From the NCBI GenBank assembly GCA_951406725.2, contig OX597815.1, positions 67,084,001 to 67,148,000 on the forward strand: 64,000 nt of DNA, written 5' to 3'. Below are positions 40,290 through 54,116 of this stretch, in pieces. The position numbers and the translations under genes are program-made. The notes beneath the pieces are model-generated. The model did not search any database. It was not told the origin of the DNA and saw only the letters and a list, made by a program, of their open reading frames with translations. The stretch is from Octopus vulgaris (lineage: Eukaryota). The number at the start of each line of letters is the position of its first letter. Position 1 is the first letter of the stretch.

Positions 40290-40926
40290 TCTATATATAT
40301 AAAACTGTAGTTGTGTGAGTGTCTGTCCCCTTCGATTTAGATTCCTAACTACTCCCACATTTTGCGGTGCAGTTTAACCAAATTCGGGTAGCTTATAGTC
40401 GTGATTCATATCGAGCCCGTCTGAGTATTAGCGCGCGTCTACGATGAGTCTACGATTTTAAAAATAATTTAACATCATTTTTTATTCCATTTTAATGCAT
40501 AATTTTTCGTGTGTCGATGGCGGTGGAGTTGGCGTCCACGCTCACACCTGCACCTGTGGGGAAGGGAGTGTAAGGAAATCAACGTCGTAATGCGTTGTCA
40601 AGGAGACCAGCGTTCTTTTAGAACAACGACTTCATGGCTTGAAGACACCAAAACAGAAATGGCTAAGAAAGCGTCTACATGAGTCTACGATTTAAAAAAA
40701 AATTTACCATCGTTTTTTTTCCATTTTAATGCATTTTTTCGCTATTATATAAGGGAAGTAACTCTCTAAAAATGTCTACGATGAGTCAACGATTTAAAAA
40801 AAAATTTACCATCATATTTTTTCCATTTTTAATGCATTTTTTGCTATTTTTTGGCTATAACTCTCTAAAAATGCTTATATAGTTATTTCCCTTACAAACC
40901 CGAGCAACGCCGGGCGATGCTGCTAG
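40290..40926 (+). mobile_element. Non-autonomous Helitron with internal tandem repeats
   Basis: A|TC start; hairpin cccgagcaacgccggg; CTAG|T end; three 'tctacgatgagtctacgattt' units. Confidence 0.82.
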
Positions 40927-41195
40927 TCTTATTATAAAAGGCAGATTTTATCTGCCTCCCTTTGGGAGTTATACAAATCTACAATATAGGATTTCTTCAA
41001 TTACAATTTACCTAGCATTTTTAAGAGTACAATGCATCGCGTCATGCCAGGTCCAGTTTTTAAAATTTAAACTCCAATTAAGCAAAATTTACAGAAAACT
41101 CACATTCTGGTGTGTGTGTCAAATGCTTTTCTTAGTCTGGTTTACACCACACGCAAACGCACACACACAGTGGGCAACGAATAAAATGAAAGTAA
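40927..41195 (+). mobile_element. Helitron-like 5' fragment abutting the CTAG end of the preceding Helitron
   Basis: Starts TCTTATTATAAAAGG immediately after CTAG; copy of 38797-39066. Confidence 0.6.
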
Positions 41196-41304
41196 TTCAC
41201 TTACTGTAGTGAGTGATTCTTTCACTCTGCCTCCCACTTCCTCTTTCCACACATAGACACGCAAATATATAAAGAAAATTGTAAGCTAACGTGCGTGTGT
41301 GTGA

Positions 41305-41341
<37 letters not shown>

Positions 41342-41952
41342 TGAGGGTGCGTGTGTGTGTGTGTGTGTGTGCGTGTGCGTGAGTGTGTGACAGGAAAGTT
41401 TTTTACGACGAATATAACACCTATATCCAAGTAGCAGAAAGATAAGACAGTAAGGTGTGATTTGGGGGAAATTTGGCTGCTATTTCTACCAGGTCTAGCT
41501 ACCATGTAGAGGTCCCCCTCATTGGCTCATATATATATACATACATAAGACAGTAAGGTGTGATTTGAGGGAGATTTGGCTGCTGTTTCTACCAGGTCTG
41601 TTAGGCCTTCTCATGTAAACTCAAGCTTTCTCATGCCTTGAACATAAGACCAAAGCAGAGAATGTATTCTTTTATTCTTCTGCTTTTTCCAGCCATTGGT
41701 CTGTGGCCATGCTGGGGCAATGCCTTGAAGAATTGTAGTTTAATGAATCAACTCCAGTTTTATTTTTGTAAGCATTGTACTTATTCTATCTGTTTCCTTT
41801 GTCAAACCACTAGGTGACAGGGATGTAAACAAACCAACATTCGTTGTCAAGCAGTGGTGGAGGACAATCACAAGCACAGACACGCACACACACACACATA
41901 CATGCATACACACATACATACATACATATATATATATGTGTGTATATATATA

Positions 41953-42275
41953 TTGCAGCGTGGAAGGTGTTTGTAAGCCATTTAAGAAACACACAAAAAC
42001 CGTTACATTCACTTCAACATTTAAATTTAATTTGCCAAAATATTTTCGTCGCTTTGAGACCGCGACCTGTTCACTGACAAAAATATCGTGCTAACAGGTC
42101 GCGGTCTCAAAGCGACGAAAATATTTTGACAAATTAAATTTAAATGTTGAAGTGAATCTAACGGTTTTTGTGTGTTTCTTAAATGGCTTATAAACACCTT
42201 CAACGCTGCAACTGTTTTCGTTCCAGCACACGATCTCAGATCAAGTCACTTGCTATGCAAGTACATCTCTGTAAC
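41953..42275 (+). mobile_element. Penelope-type fold-back (arms ~41953-42071 / 42093-42211) plus 3' tail, in (TA)n
   Basis: Near-perfect inverted repeat with a short spacer; the right arm continues into a tail shared with 38519. Confidence 0.8.
42031..42081 (-). ncRNA. Type I hammerhead motif with swapped G3:C8 core
   Basis: Minus strand TTTGTCA-GTGAACA-G-GTCGC-GGTCTCAAA-GCGAC-GAAA-ATAT-TT^TGGCAAA: 7-bp stem I, 5-bp stem II, palindromic stem III. Confidence 0.65.
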
Positions 42276-42375
42276 TACATATATATTTATATATATATAT
42301 ATATATGTATATTGGTAAAAACAGTAAGATAACAAAAGAAAGAAAGAGACCTCAATATTATGTAAATAGAGGAAA

Positions 42376-42885
<510 letters not shown>

Positions 42886-43499
42886 GGTTTTTGATTATAT
42901 TACAAGGACAAGCAGTTTTTAAGGAGGGATTATCGATCGATGCTATCTCACTGTTCGACTGGTACTCTATTTTACCAACATCGAATGAATGAAAGGCAAT
43001 GTAGAGATCGGTTGGATTTGAACTTAGCATGTAAAGAACTGGAATAAATACCACAATGCATTTTCCCGAAGCACTAGACATTCTGGCAGTTCATCTTACA
43101 CATAGGCATACACGCACGCACGCACGCACGCACGCACACGTACACATATAACACATACGCACATATGTAATTTATATATTTGAATTATATTTCGCTTATT
43201 TCAACAAATCAAGTCCGAAATATATTTTGTTTTATATATATATTTTCGCGTCTTTCGAACTTTTATTTATTTTAATCATTTCATAAATTTGATTGTAGTC
43301 AACTTAATGTATTTTCGTTAGAGCAATATTGACAATAAAGTCTGCTAGGTATAATATCTTCAAAACATTAAGATGTTGCATATTAAGTAAAAAAAAGAAG
43401 AAACAGCTGTTGGGGAAAACAAAAACGACAAAGTAAAATGAAAAATAAAATGAAATAATTTGTTGGTAAGGAAGATTGAAGCGAGAAGAAACAGTGAAT

Positions 43500-43710
43500 G
43501 AGTGAGAGAGATGAAGAGAGAGAGAGAGAGAGAGAGAGAGACGCAGGGAGAGAGAGGGAGAGAGAGGGAGAGAGAGGGAGAGAGAGGGAGAGAGAGGGAG
43601 AGAGAGAGGGAGATGCAGAGAGAGAGAGAAAGAGAGAGAGGGAGACGCAGAGAGAGAGAGAGAGAGAGGGAGAGGGAGACGCAGAGAGAGAGAGAGAGAG
43701 AGAGAGAGAA
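43500..43710. repeat. (GA)n purine-rich microsatellite
   Basis: Directly visible. Confidence 0.95.
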
Positions 43711-43789
43711 AGTGAGATGTGAAATTGCTAATAAGCTAAATTCTAGACGGTACACAATCGTACATAAATTTGCAGGAAAGCAGATACGA

Positions 43790-44365
43790 AACCTAGCTGA
43801 ACTGTTAGCACGTCGCATAAAATGCTTAGCCGTATTTCTTTAGGGTTTTTACGTTCTGAGTTCGAATTTCGAACTCAGTAAAATAACTTATTACTAATCA
43901 CGGGGGAAAATCTTCATGAAATATATTGGATTCTAATTTTGGCACAAGGCTAGCAACTTGTGAGAGAGGGCTAGTTAATTACATCGACCCCATCAGTGCT
44001 CAACTGGTACTTATTATACTGAGCCCGAAAAGATGAAAGGCAAAGTCGATCCTGGCGGCATTTGAACTCAGAACGTAACGACGGATAAAATGCCGCTAAG
44101 TATTTAGCTTGGTGCACTAACGTTTCTGCCAGATCGCCACCTTCATCTTGATTAGATATATTGATTTCAAATTTTGGCACAAGACCAGCAGGTCTGGTAG
44201 AGGGGTAAGTCGGTTACTTCAATCCCAGTGTTCATCTGGTACTTATTTTATCGATCTCGAATGGATGAAAGGCAAAGTCAACCTTGGCGGAATTTAAATA
44301 CAGACGAAATGCTGCTAAGCACTTTGCCCGGCGTGCTAACAATTCTGCCGGGTCTCTGCCTTCAT
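43790..44365. mobile_element. Three tRNA-derived SINE copies
   Basis: One + head (43790-43875) and two - copies (43930-44145, 44165-44365). Confidence 0.75.
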
Positions 44366-44463
44366 CTTGAGACCAAAGAAGTGCTTTTTACTCTCCAATG
44401 TGAAAATGCGACAGGAATTATTTCCAACCTAATATATAACTCATGGCAGTGAAGAGTGAATTA

Positions 44464-46117
44464 CACTGGTCAACCGCCAATTTTCATCAGGGATATTATA
44501 TGGTGTTTTATATGTAGTTTTGTCCGCAGATTTCAAAAATGTAATCGGTTTCCTTCGATCAGGCACAGTTTTTCTGATGAGATAATGGCCTTCAGATGTC
44601 TGACGAAGATGTATTTCCCGAAGAAAATATTACTGCTGTCGAAAACACCGAAGTGGGTGCAGATTTCACGATTGAAAATGAAGACGTACCACAGAAATTT
44701 TCTCAAGGAGAGTTAAATGATTTAGTTAGAGACTTGTCATTGTCGAAGGATAAAGCTGAACTATTAGCCTACAAGAAAAGTGTCTGCTTAAGAAAGATGT
44801 TTGTATTGCTCATTTCAGGAAGAGAAATAGGGGTCTGACTTCATGCTTCTCTGTTGATGGACCACTTTGTTTCAGTAATAACACTGATGAGTTATTTCGC
44901 TGTTTGTTCCAGGAGCATGTTCCAGCTGAATGGCGCTTATTCATTGATTCATCTAAGAGAAACCTCAAAGCAGTACTACTACACAACGGCAATAAGAAAC
45001 CATCCATTCCCATGTGTACATGAAGGAGTGTTATGAATACATGCAAGTACTCTTCAATGCCATAAAGTATACAAACTACAGCTGGAAAATATGTGGAGAC
45101 TTGAAGGTGATTGGAATGTTGATGGGAATGCAATCTGGGTTCACCAAATATTGTTGCTGGTTATGCCTATAGGACAGTTGTGCAACTAACAAGCACTATA
45201 TGCAATCAGAGTGGCCTTTGCGAAAATCATATGAGCCAGGAGTTTCTATCGTCCAGAGTAAGCCACTTTTAAACCCAGAAAATGTTCTTCTTCTCCCTCT
45301 TCACATAAAGCTTGGCCTCATGAAAAAATTCATGAAGACACTTGTCAGGAAAAGCTCAAAAGGTTTTGAATATGTGAAGGCCAAATTTCCAAAAATCTCC
45401 GTGGCAAAACTGAAGGAGGGCGCATTCATAGGTCCGCAGATAAAAGAACTCCTGAAGGACAACCACTTCCTCACAGAACTGGATGAGATTGAGCTTAAAG
45501 CCTGGGAATCCTTTAAATGGCTCTGTGAAAATTTACCAGGCAACAAGAGATCTCTAGAATTTAGAAATGGAGTGAAATGTCTTCTAGACTCCCACGCTGC
45601 AATGGACTGTTGGATGTCGCTAAAAGTCCATTTCCTTGATTCACATCTGGACTTTTTTGCAGAGAACCTTGGAGCAGTGTTTGATGAACAAGGGGAACGC
45701 TTTCATCAAGATATTGCATCGATGGAACAACGTTATCAAGGATTTTGGAATGCAAGAATGTTAGCTGACTACTGTTGGATGTTATACAGGGATGAACCTG
45801 AGACAAAACACCATAGAAAGTCCAAATCCCAAAGATTTAAGTTGATATGCATTAGAGTGTTTTATAACTTATTTGTACACAACAATTTTAATTTTGTACA
45901 ATAAAAAGCCATGAAATGATCGTATCTTGTATTCAATATAATTTATATAGACATGCTTTACGTATCCTATAAGTGAAATCAACAGGTATCATTAACATGA
46001 AAATGTGACCTGATAGAGGAAATCGGACTTCAGATTCGTAATCAGCATCAAGAATTAACCCAGAAAAGTCAACCAGCAACTCTAATGATTAAAAAAGTTT
46101 CATTTTGTTGACCAGTG
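44464..46117 (+). mobile_element. Chapaev3-like (CMC) DNA transposon, decayed
   Basis: TIRs CACTGGTCAAC / GTTGACCAGTG, flanks TTA/TTT; transposase motifs WRLFIDSSKRNLKAVLLHNGN, ICGDLKV, LPLHIKLGLMK and DEQGERFHQDI. Confidence 0.85.
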
Positions 46118-46641
46118 TTTATGTGATTGTGTGACTGTGTGTGAGTGTGTAATCTAATCATAAGCCAATCATACAAACAAGTCACAATGCACAGTTTTCA
46201 TTCAAAAAGAAAGAATATACAAAAGAGAAAGAAACAGTTAACGGAGTGTAATATATACATCATAGATACTAACGAAAACCTGTATGAAACAGAACGACAT
46301 ATGAAACGAAACGAAATAGGAAACGAAACGAAATTTCAAATTTAATTAAGCCAAACAAATTCAGATAGAAATACAGTTTTATTTTTCAATATTCTTTATT
46401 TGCTTATGTAGGACTCTGTTCCATGATTGCCTGTAGCAACAGATATGCAATATAGACATAAAGCTTCACAGGACATAATGTACTTTACGTAAGTAATATA
46501 CACATACATACAAACACACACATACACATAGAGATATAGATATATATGTATGTATGTATTTATGTATATATATATATATATATATGCAAATACATACACA
46601 TATGGGTAGACATACACGCACTCGCGCGTATACACACACAT

Positions 46642-46692
<51 letters not shown>

Positions 46693-47099
46693 TATACATA
46701 TGTACATATACACATATATACATATAGACATGTATATGTACCTTCATACACTTATATCGTATTTTTATAAGAATAAGCTTCTTCCACGAAGTCTTCATTC
46801 GACAGTCCAATGAATGCTACATTACTACAATATTACTCTACTGAAAAGTATTGAGTGACCCATCAGATTAATCTTTGTCTTTGTATATAATTATAGTTGA
46901 ATAACAATCACACACACACACACGCCAGTCCCCCCTCCCCGGGCACACACACACACATTTATATAAGTATGTATATATGTATATATGTGTGTATGTATAG
47001 AAAGATAAAGTTGAATGTGACTTCAAAGTTTCGGTTTACGAGATGGTATCAGTCTGATGATAACTAGCAAGTCGAAACTTCGCTGTGAGTCAAACACAC

Positions 47100-47192
<93 letters not shown>

Positions 47193-47609
47193 TATCCATA
47201 ATAAAAGCTGAATTAAATATCTTGTGCTCATAAATAAGAAGACATTTTGGGACATTGGCCTAAAACCTAAATATCGAGACGTCCACGCCGAAGGTATAGA
47301 CATCTCGATATTAAAAATTGTAAATAATCTCCAGTGTTGCCTTGGGAAACCTCTCTTGATGACGCCTGTAATTCACGATAGCAACTCTCTATGTATTGTA
47401 TCTTATCAACTTCATGAAAATTAAAGTTCAAAATTGATCCCTCGTGGGACTTTCGAACGGCGGGATTTGAGGTCAGAAGAACAACAATAATGATGGTGAT
47501 GATTATAATGCCAATTATATTATTTATATACTGGTACGGTGATGATGGTGCAAACTGTGTGTGTGTGTATGTGTGTATGTATACATGTATATATATAAAA
47601 GCTATCAAA

Positions 47610-50600
47610 GGCAAAGAAGAACGAAGAGTCAAAGAAAAGAAAGAAAAACATTCGAAAATGCTGATATGAAATGAAGGATCCTCAATAGAAGCTACAGGAG
47701 TTGGAAGGGCAAAAGCAGGAGCACTTGCAAATTCTACGGTGATGATGGTGCAAACTGTCGCTTTGCACACCGGAAGCCCTGTCAAAACAACATGGGCCCC
47801 AGACAACACTCCCTTCCCCGAAGAGGACAAAAGAAAAGGTACCAAAGAAGTAAAAATAGCACACTGTCTACTTCCGAAAGACGGTATGCAGATGTAGTGC
47901 GCGGCCCAGCAAACGGCCGACTTTAGCCAGGTGTGAAAAGGGTGGCAGCTGAACTACAATCTTTTTTGTGCATAGCACAAAAGATTGTGCAGCAATTGAC
48001 CTGGCTTCAAACCCAAGCATGGAACTACACCCGCCACCACACAAGGCCACCACCAGCAACAGATACAGGATCGCCACCACTAACATCAACACACTCATCA
48101 CAAAGATATTTCTTCTGAATGTAGGAGGGCTGTTGCTTGGCAGCTGTAAATCAAAAATCTCATTCCTGAGAGACCTTGCAGCATGCAATCAAACTTTATG
48201 CATGGTACTTGTAGAAACGCATCTTAGACCTGATATAGGGGATGCTGAAATACATATACCACAATATGTTGTCATATGCTCAGATAGAAAGGAGAGGAGC
48301 CATGGTGAAGTTGCTGTGTACATCTGAGAGGACCTCACGCCCCAGGTCCTGTTGTCATATTCTAATTCAGTATGCGACACTCAAATTTTACGCATAAGAC
48401 AACTTAATATTGTTATATGTACTACATATTGCCCACCAGATGCTCCGAGTCATACAGACAAATTTGAAGACTGTCTAGCAAAGATAAGAGAAGTTATCAT
48501 CAAACTGAAACAACACATTAGTGTATTCCTTTTGGGCGAATTAAACTTCCCAAACATGGGATTCTCCCATGAATGACACACCAACAGCAAGCACATGTAG
48601 AGTCCCTGCTTTACCTTACCAATGCCTCTTTCATAGAACAAGTCATGCTGCAACCAACCAGGGTAAATAATATACTAGACCTCTGCTTCACAAACAATAT
48701 AGACATTAATAATGTTAGTGACACCGACTATGATCTCGGATCACAATATAATAGAGCTGTCTATATATGAACCAAAAGCTCCAGCAGACATACAGTCTAT
48801 ATGAAGCACCCAAAGTCCCTCCAAGCTAAACTTTCACAAAGCAAATTTGAAGCTGATTGGGAAAGAGATCCTCAAACAGGATTGGCCAAAATGTCTCCCC
48901 ACACCAGACATTGACATGAAACACTAACATTTCATGCCCATAATATAAACCATATGTGACAAATCTGTCCCATTGTGCAAGGCCAACATACACCAAAACA
49001 GGATCCTCAGGGAAAGGAAGATTCTTATGAGACGGACGAAGATTGCGAACCGTCTGAGCAAACATCCCAAAAGTGGCGAGAAGTCTCGTCTGGAGAGAGT
49101 GCTATTGAAAATTGAGAAACGTCTGCATCAGTCTCATGAAAAGGAGAGAGAAAATAAAGAAGCTTGGGTTATAGAAAATATCGAGTCAATCAAACCCTAA
49201 AACTTTCTTTAAGCTTGCCAAAGAAACAGCCTCAATGCGCCATAAGATAGGACCCCTCTTCCAAAAAGATGGCTCCCTTACAGGAAACCCCACGAGGGTA
49301 AGTGAAATACTGAACGAACAGTTCCAAAATGTGTTCACTACACCGCTGGAACACAGACAAGTGAACAAACCAGCGGATTTCTTTGCCACATTACCTAAAA
49401 CCAAAAAGGTTATAAAAATTGAACGCATAAACATTGAAAAAGATGTAATGCTGGCCATAGATGAGGTTGACACAAACTCAGCGGCTGGCCCGAATGGGTT
49501 TCCAGCGGTCCTACTCAAATCATGCAAGCGAACTCTTACAAATCCACTGTAGCTTCTCTTCCTTGCAAGTGGTAAGCTCCCAGACAAACCGATGGAAGGA
49601 ATAATATGCCCTATCAATGAAGGAAGAGGCATAGCAGATGCTAAAAATTATAGGCTTATCTCTCTGACCTCACACATCAGTAAAGTCATGGAACGAATAG
49701 TCTGCAAGAAACTAATCACGTTCCTAGAAGAAAATGACCTGCTGACTGACACCCAGCATGAATTTCGACCAGGTAGAAGCTGTCTGACACAGCTCCTGCA
49801 ACACTACGACTGGGTGTTAAAACAGCTGTTGAATGACTCAAGCGTGGATGTGATAAATCTCGACTTTGCAAAAGCCTTTAAAAAAGTTGACTATGGTTGG
49901 TATGATATGTCACAAACTGCACGATCTCGACATATGCAGAAACCTTGGAGAATGGCTGCACAACTTTCTAAAGCATAGACGTCAGGCAGTAGTAGCCAAT
50001 GAAGCCACCTATAAGGTAACGCAAATAGCAAGTGGTGTTCCACAGAGTACTGCCTTGGGGACACTGCTGTTCATTGTGGTCCTCTCAGACATGCCCTCTA
50101 CTGCACGGATAGCTACCCTTGCTAGCTATGCAGATGACACAAAAGTCTCTCAGACAATACAAAATCCTGGAATTATTGTACATCTGCAACGGGAGTTGGA
50201 CGCAATATGCAGGTGAGCTGAGGACAGCAACATGCTGTTTAATGCAGGTAAATTCCAGGCCCTACGCTATCAACACAAAGCTAAACGACATGCAGACAGG
50301 ATATACTGGCCCAGGAGGAATTGAAATCCCTGAATCAAAATCAGTGCGTGACCTGGGTATTGACATGAGCAATGATGCATCTTTCCAAGCGCATATTGCC
50401 AATTTGGTAATAAAATGCAGTTGACTGGCTGGATGGATCCTCCGTACTTTCAAAACAAGAGAAAAGGAGACATTAATGATCCTTTGGAGGACATATGTTC
50501 TCAGCTGATTAGACTATTGCTCCCAACTATGGTCATCACACAATAAAAAATCCACAGCAGAACTCGAAGCAATCCAACGAAGCTACACTAAGAAATTCGT

Positions 50601-51107
50601 CTCAATGCAACATGTCAGCTACTGGGAAAGACTTAAACAATTAAAACTCTTCTCCTTGGAATGAAGGCAGGAGAGATATGCAGTGATATACATCTGGAAA
50701 ATTATAGAAGGCCTTGTACCAAACTTTGGCATTGAAAGTTATTCAAACTGCAGAACGGGGCGCCACTACATAGTGCCAAAGATCCCAGCATCGCCATCAA
50801 AATACAGGACCAGATGCTGCAACAGCTTGGGCTTCTAAAGGCCCACAGCTCTTTAATATCCTTCCAAAATGCCTGAGAGACCTGCATGGTGTGGATGTAA
50901 GTCTCTTTAAAACAAAACTGGATCGCTTCCTGTTACGGGTTCCAGACGAGCCTACCTCATGGTAGGAAACATAGATGAGGGCAGCAGCATCAAACACCCT
51001 CATTGACCAAATGCCACATATTAGAGGAGGTAGCAAATAATGGTGTAGCTCAGTCAATGGTGATGCTCCAACATGACCGCAGCTTTGCAGCTGAGACATT
51101 AAAAAAA
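47610..51107 (+). mobile_element. Near full-length CR1/L2-group LINE, decayed
   Basis: APE domain (LNV.GL, ETHL, NNILDLCF), RT (YRLISLT, QHEFRPGRSC, LDFAKAF, SGVPQ, YADDTK), 3' A-run at ~51100; many stops. Confidence 0.92.
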
Positions 51108-51307
51108 ACACACACATATATATATACATAATGCGCATACACTAACATTCATATAGATAAAGTGTTGCGAACTCGGTATCATAAAGATATCGCTTTGTAC
51201 ACTGATATTGGGTTTTGTATATGGTAGTAAGTTAGAGCATGTATGCATACATGCAGATATATATGCGTAATATTACAATATATGTATGTAATGATACATA
51301 CACACAC

Positions 51308-51387
<80 letters not shown>

Positions 51388-51439
51388 TATAAATATATGA
51401 AAGAATGGAGTTGAACGACGAATTAACAAAATTCCTTTA

Positions 51440-51522
51440 TTTTCGACATATGTTTCGAAGGCTGCATATTCCTAATTGCGAAGGAATAAGGAGTATATTA
51501 TGCCGCTTTCTCATCAGGAAAA
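51440..51522 (-). ncRNA. Type I hammerhead ribozyme (canonical core)
   Basis: Inverted copy of 51664-51746. Confidence 0.82.
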
Positions 51523-51663
51523 GCAAGGAACTTATGTCAACATCAAGATGCACAAAAAACTTTTAGATGACTGGTCACAGGGAGCCCATTTTCACTATGG
51601 GCTCTGTGTGAGTAGTCATCTAAAAGTTTTTTGTGTATCTTGATGTTGACATAAGTTCCTTGC

Positions 51664-51746
51664 TTTTCCTGATGAGAAAGCAGCATAATATACTCCTTAT
51701 TCCTTCGCAATTAGGAATATGCAGCCTTCGAAACATATGTCGAAAA
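51664..51746 (+). ncRNA. Type I hammerhead ribozyme (canonical core)
   Basis: TTTTC-CTGATGA-GAAAGCAGCATA...TATGCAGCCTTC-GAAA-C-ATAT-G-TC^GAAAA; predicted cleavage after 51741; palindromic stem III ACATATGT. Confidence 0.85.
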
Positions 51747-51969
51747 TAAAGGAATTTTGTTAATTCGTCGTTCAACTCCATTCTTTCATATATTTATATT
51801 TAAAAAAAAACATACAAATTTCCACACGAAAGCACGTAACTTCAAACGTGTCTTCTCTGATGTGAATTTGCTACCCAGGTATCGGTTAACCGAATTATCC
51901 ATAACAAGATAATTCATTCAACTACTCAAATATTCATATATATATATATATATATGTATGTATATATAA

Positions 51970-52029
<60 letters not shown>

Positions 52030-52049
52030 AACACATGCACACACAATAG

Positions 52050-52245
52050 TAGAATAGTTATCGCACCGGAATAATGCTAGTAAGCATTTTTCCCGTTTTT
52101 GAGTTCAAATGCATCCGAGGTTCACCTTACCTTACCTTTCGTTCTTTCGGGTCGATAAAATAAGAACTAGTTGAATACTAGGGTCGATGTAGTCGATTTA
52201 TCCCTTCCCCGAAATTGCTGGCCTGTACCAAAATTTGAAACCAAT
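52050..52245 (+). mobile_element. tRNA-derived SINE (degraded)
   Basis: 'gagttcaaat...ggtcgataaaataag...ggtcgatgtagtcga...gctggcctgtaccaaaatttgaa'. Confidence 0.7.
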
Positions 52246-52321
52246 ATATATTTAAAAACATATGCATTTCCACATCCACACACGCGCATATGTATGCGTG
52301 TATATGTGTGCGTGTGTGTGT

Positions 52322-52392
<71 letters not shown>

Positions 52393-52829
52393 AATAATGA
52401 GAGAAATGGAAGATGGAAGATGGAAGTTATGAATATGTTTATTAATTTCCGTCTCTCTCATTAATCAAATACCCAACAAACACTGTGAGAGTGAACGTGC
52501 ATGTATGTATTGTGAAAAGTTGAATATTATTAGATTAATATCAATTTAAAACCAGTGGTTTAGCATAAAGAAAAATCTGAAGATTCAGAAAAATTGTATT
52601 ACATACATATAAGAGGGATGATTTCTAGCATATGGATGTCCACTTAGTGGTCATCCTTCTTATATGTATGTATGTAAGTATGTATGTATGTATGTATGTA
52701 TGTATGTATGTATGTATGTATGTATGTATGTATGTATGTATGTATGTATATTTTGATTGCTGGATATGAAGAAGTTATGTATTTTAAAGAAAGGAACGAA
52801 AACATATATGAAGTCGGAAAATGCACTTA

Positions 52830-53288
52830 ATAATAGCTTCAAATATCATTTGAAGAGGAAGATGGAGGTAGAGTGGGAGGTTCTGCCATCTAGTGTGTTT
52901 CTCAAAAAGCGTTCGACAGTGGCAAGACTGGTGAGACCGAATGGACCGACCTTGAGTATGCTTTTCTAAGCAGTAGGAAAGAAACTGGAAGAGGGCACTA
53001 TCCCATGCTTTGGAGATGCCAGAATAATCCAGGGTTTTTGCGTGGGATTTAACACAAATTACTCTAAGTGGACCACCCCGCTATTGGAACTTTTATTCAT
53101 TTATTTGTTTTTCTAATTTCTATTATATATCCACTGTTATATCCTTTAATCTGGTAGTATCTCCCTTTGATTGATGTAAACGTCACCTGTTTTTGTATTT
53201 TTTGTTTTTGTTTTGTTTTTGTGTGCTCTAACTCGTCCTTCGATATTGTCATCCATGTCTTGGGCCCTTAAAGCCAATAAAAGAAATT
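52830..53288 (+). mobile_element. L1/Tx1-clade LINE 3' end, related to 32320-33146
   Basis: FKYHLKRKMEVEWEVLPSS...VARLVRPNGPTL matches FRFHLKRKVRLEREVLLPS...NGPSL; AATAAA then (ATT)n. Confidence 0.75.
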
Positions 53289-53308
53289 ATTATTATTATT
53301 ATTATAAT

Positions 53309-53373
<65 letters not shown>

Positions 53374-53407
53374 TTATTATTAATAATAATAATAATTATT
53401 ATTATTA

Positions 53408-54030
53408 GGCGAGACTGCAGTACATGCCATCAAAGTGATGTTGGGTTACAAATGTGTGAAACCCAATATACCCATCATGACTGCCTCTCTGATAAGTGTA
53501 CGCCAAGTACATACATCACAACTATATGTGCGTGGCATGGTGACCTCATATCAAGAAAGACAGCACATGATCTTGCAGGTGGGGCTCAGTGAGAATTCTT
53601 TTCAAGTCGAGTAGCTCATATCGCACAAAAGGTCCCTCAATAAAGCTTGTTTAAAGGATGATGAGTAAAACATCCATGTTTTCAGAGGTGAATTATTCAA
53701 GCTCCAAAGAATCCTTTCCAACACATGGCTATGACGCTTCCCCACTATTCTTGCTTGTGATTAGAGATGCACTTATCGCCAGCTACTAAGGAACAGGCTC
53801 AGCTGGTTAAGGTCAAACAATTGACACGCATATCTGTGGTACTGAGTTGAATATTTGCTCTAGCCCATCTTTTATACCAAGACAAAACATGTATAGGATA
53901 ACGTTTCCAATCAGTTAAGATTAGAAGCAATGAGAACGACTACCTAGTATTACATCAGGACACTTACTAGTATTGCATCAGAGTATTGCCCAGTATTACA
54001 TCAGGGCATTGCCTAGTACTGCATCGGGGA
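53408..54030. repeat. Interspersed repeat with a terminal ~21-bp x4 tandem array
   Basis: Start is the reverse complement of 36010-36095; 'ctagtattacatcagg' repeated four times at 53940-54030. Confidence 0.6.

Positions 54031-54116
<86 letters not shown>

Larger units (their letters stand above)
51387..51935 (+). mobile_element. Penelope-type fold-back (arms ~51387-51589 / 51597-51799, 7-nt loop) plus 3' tail, in (TA)n
   Basis: ~200-bp arms with few mismatches, each containing a complete hammerhead. Confidence 0.85.
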
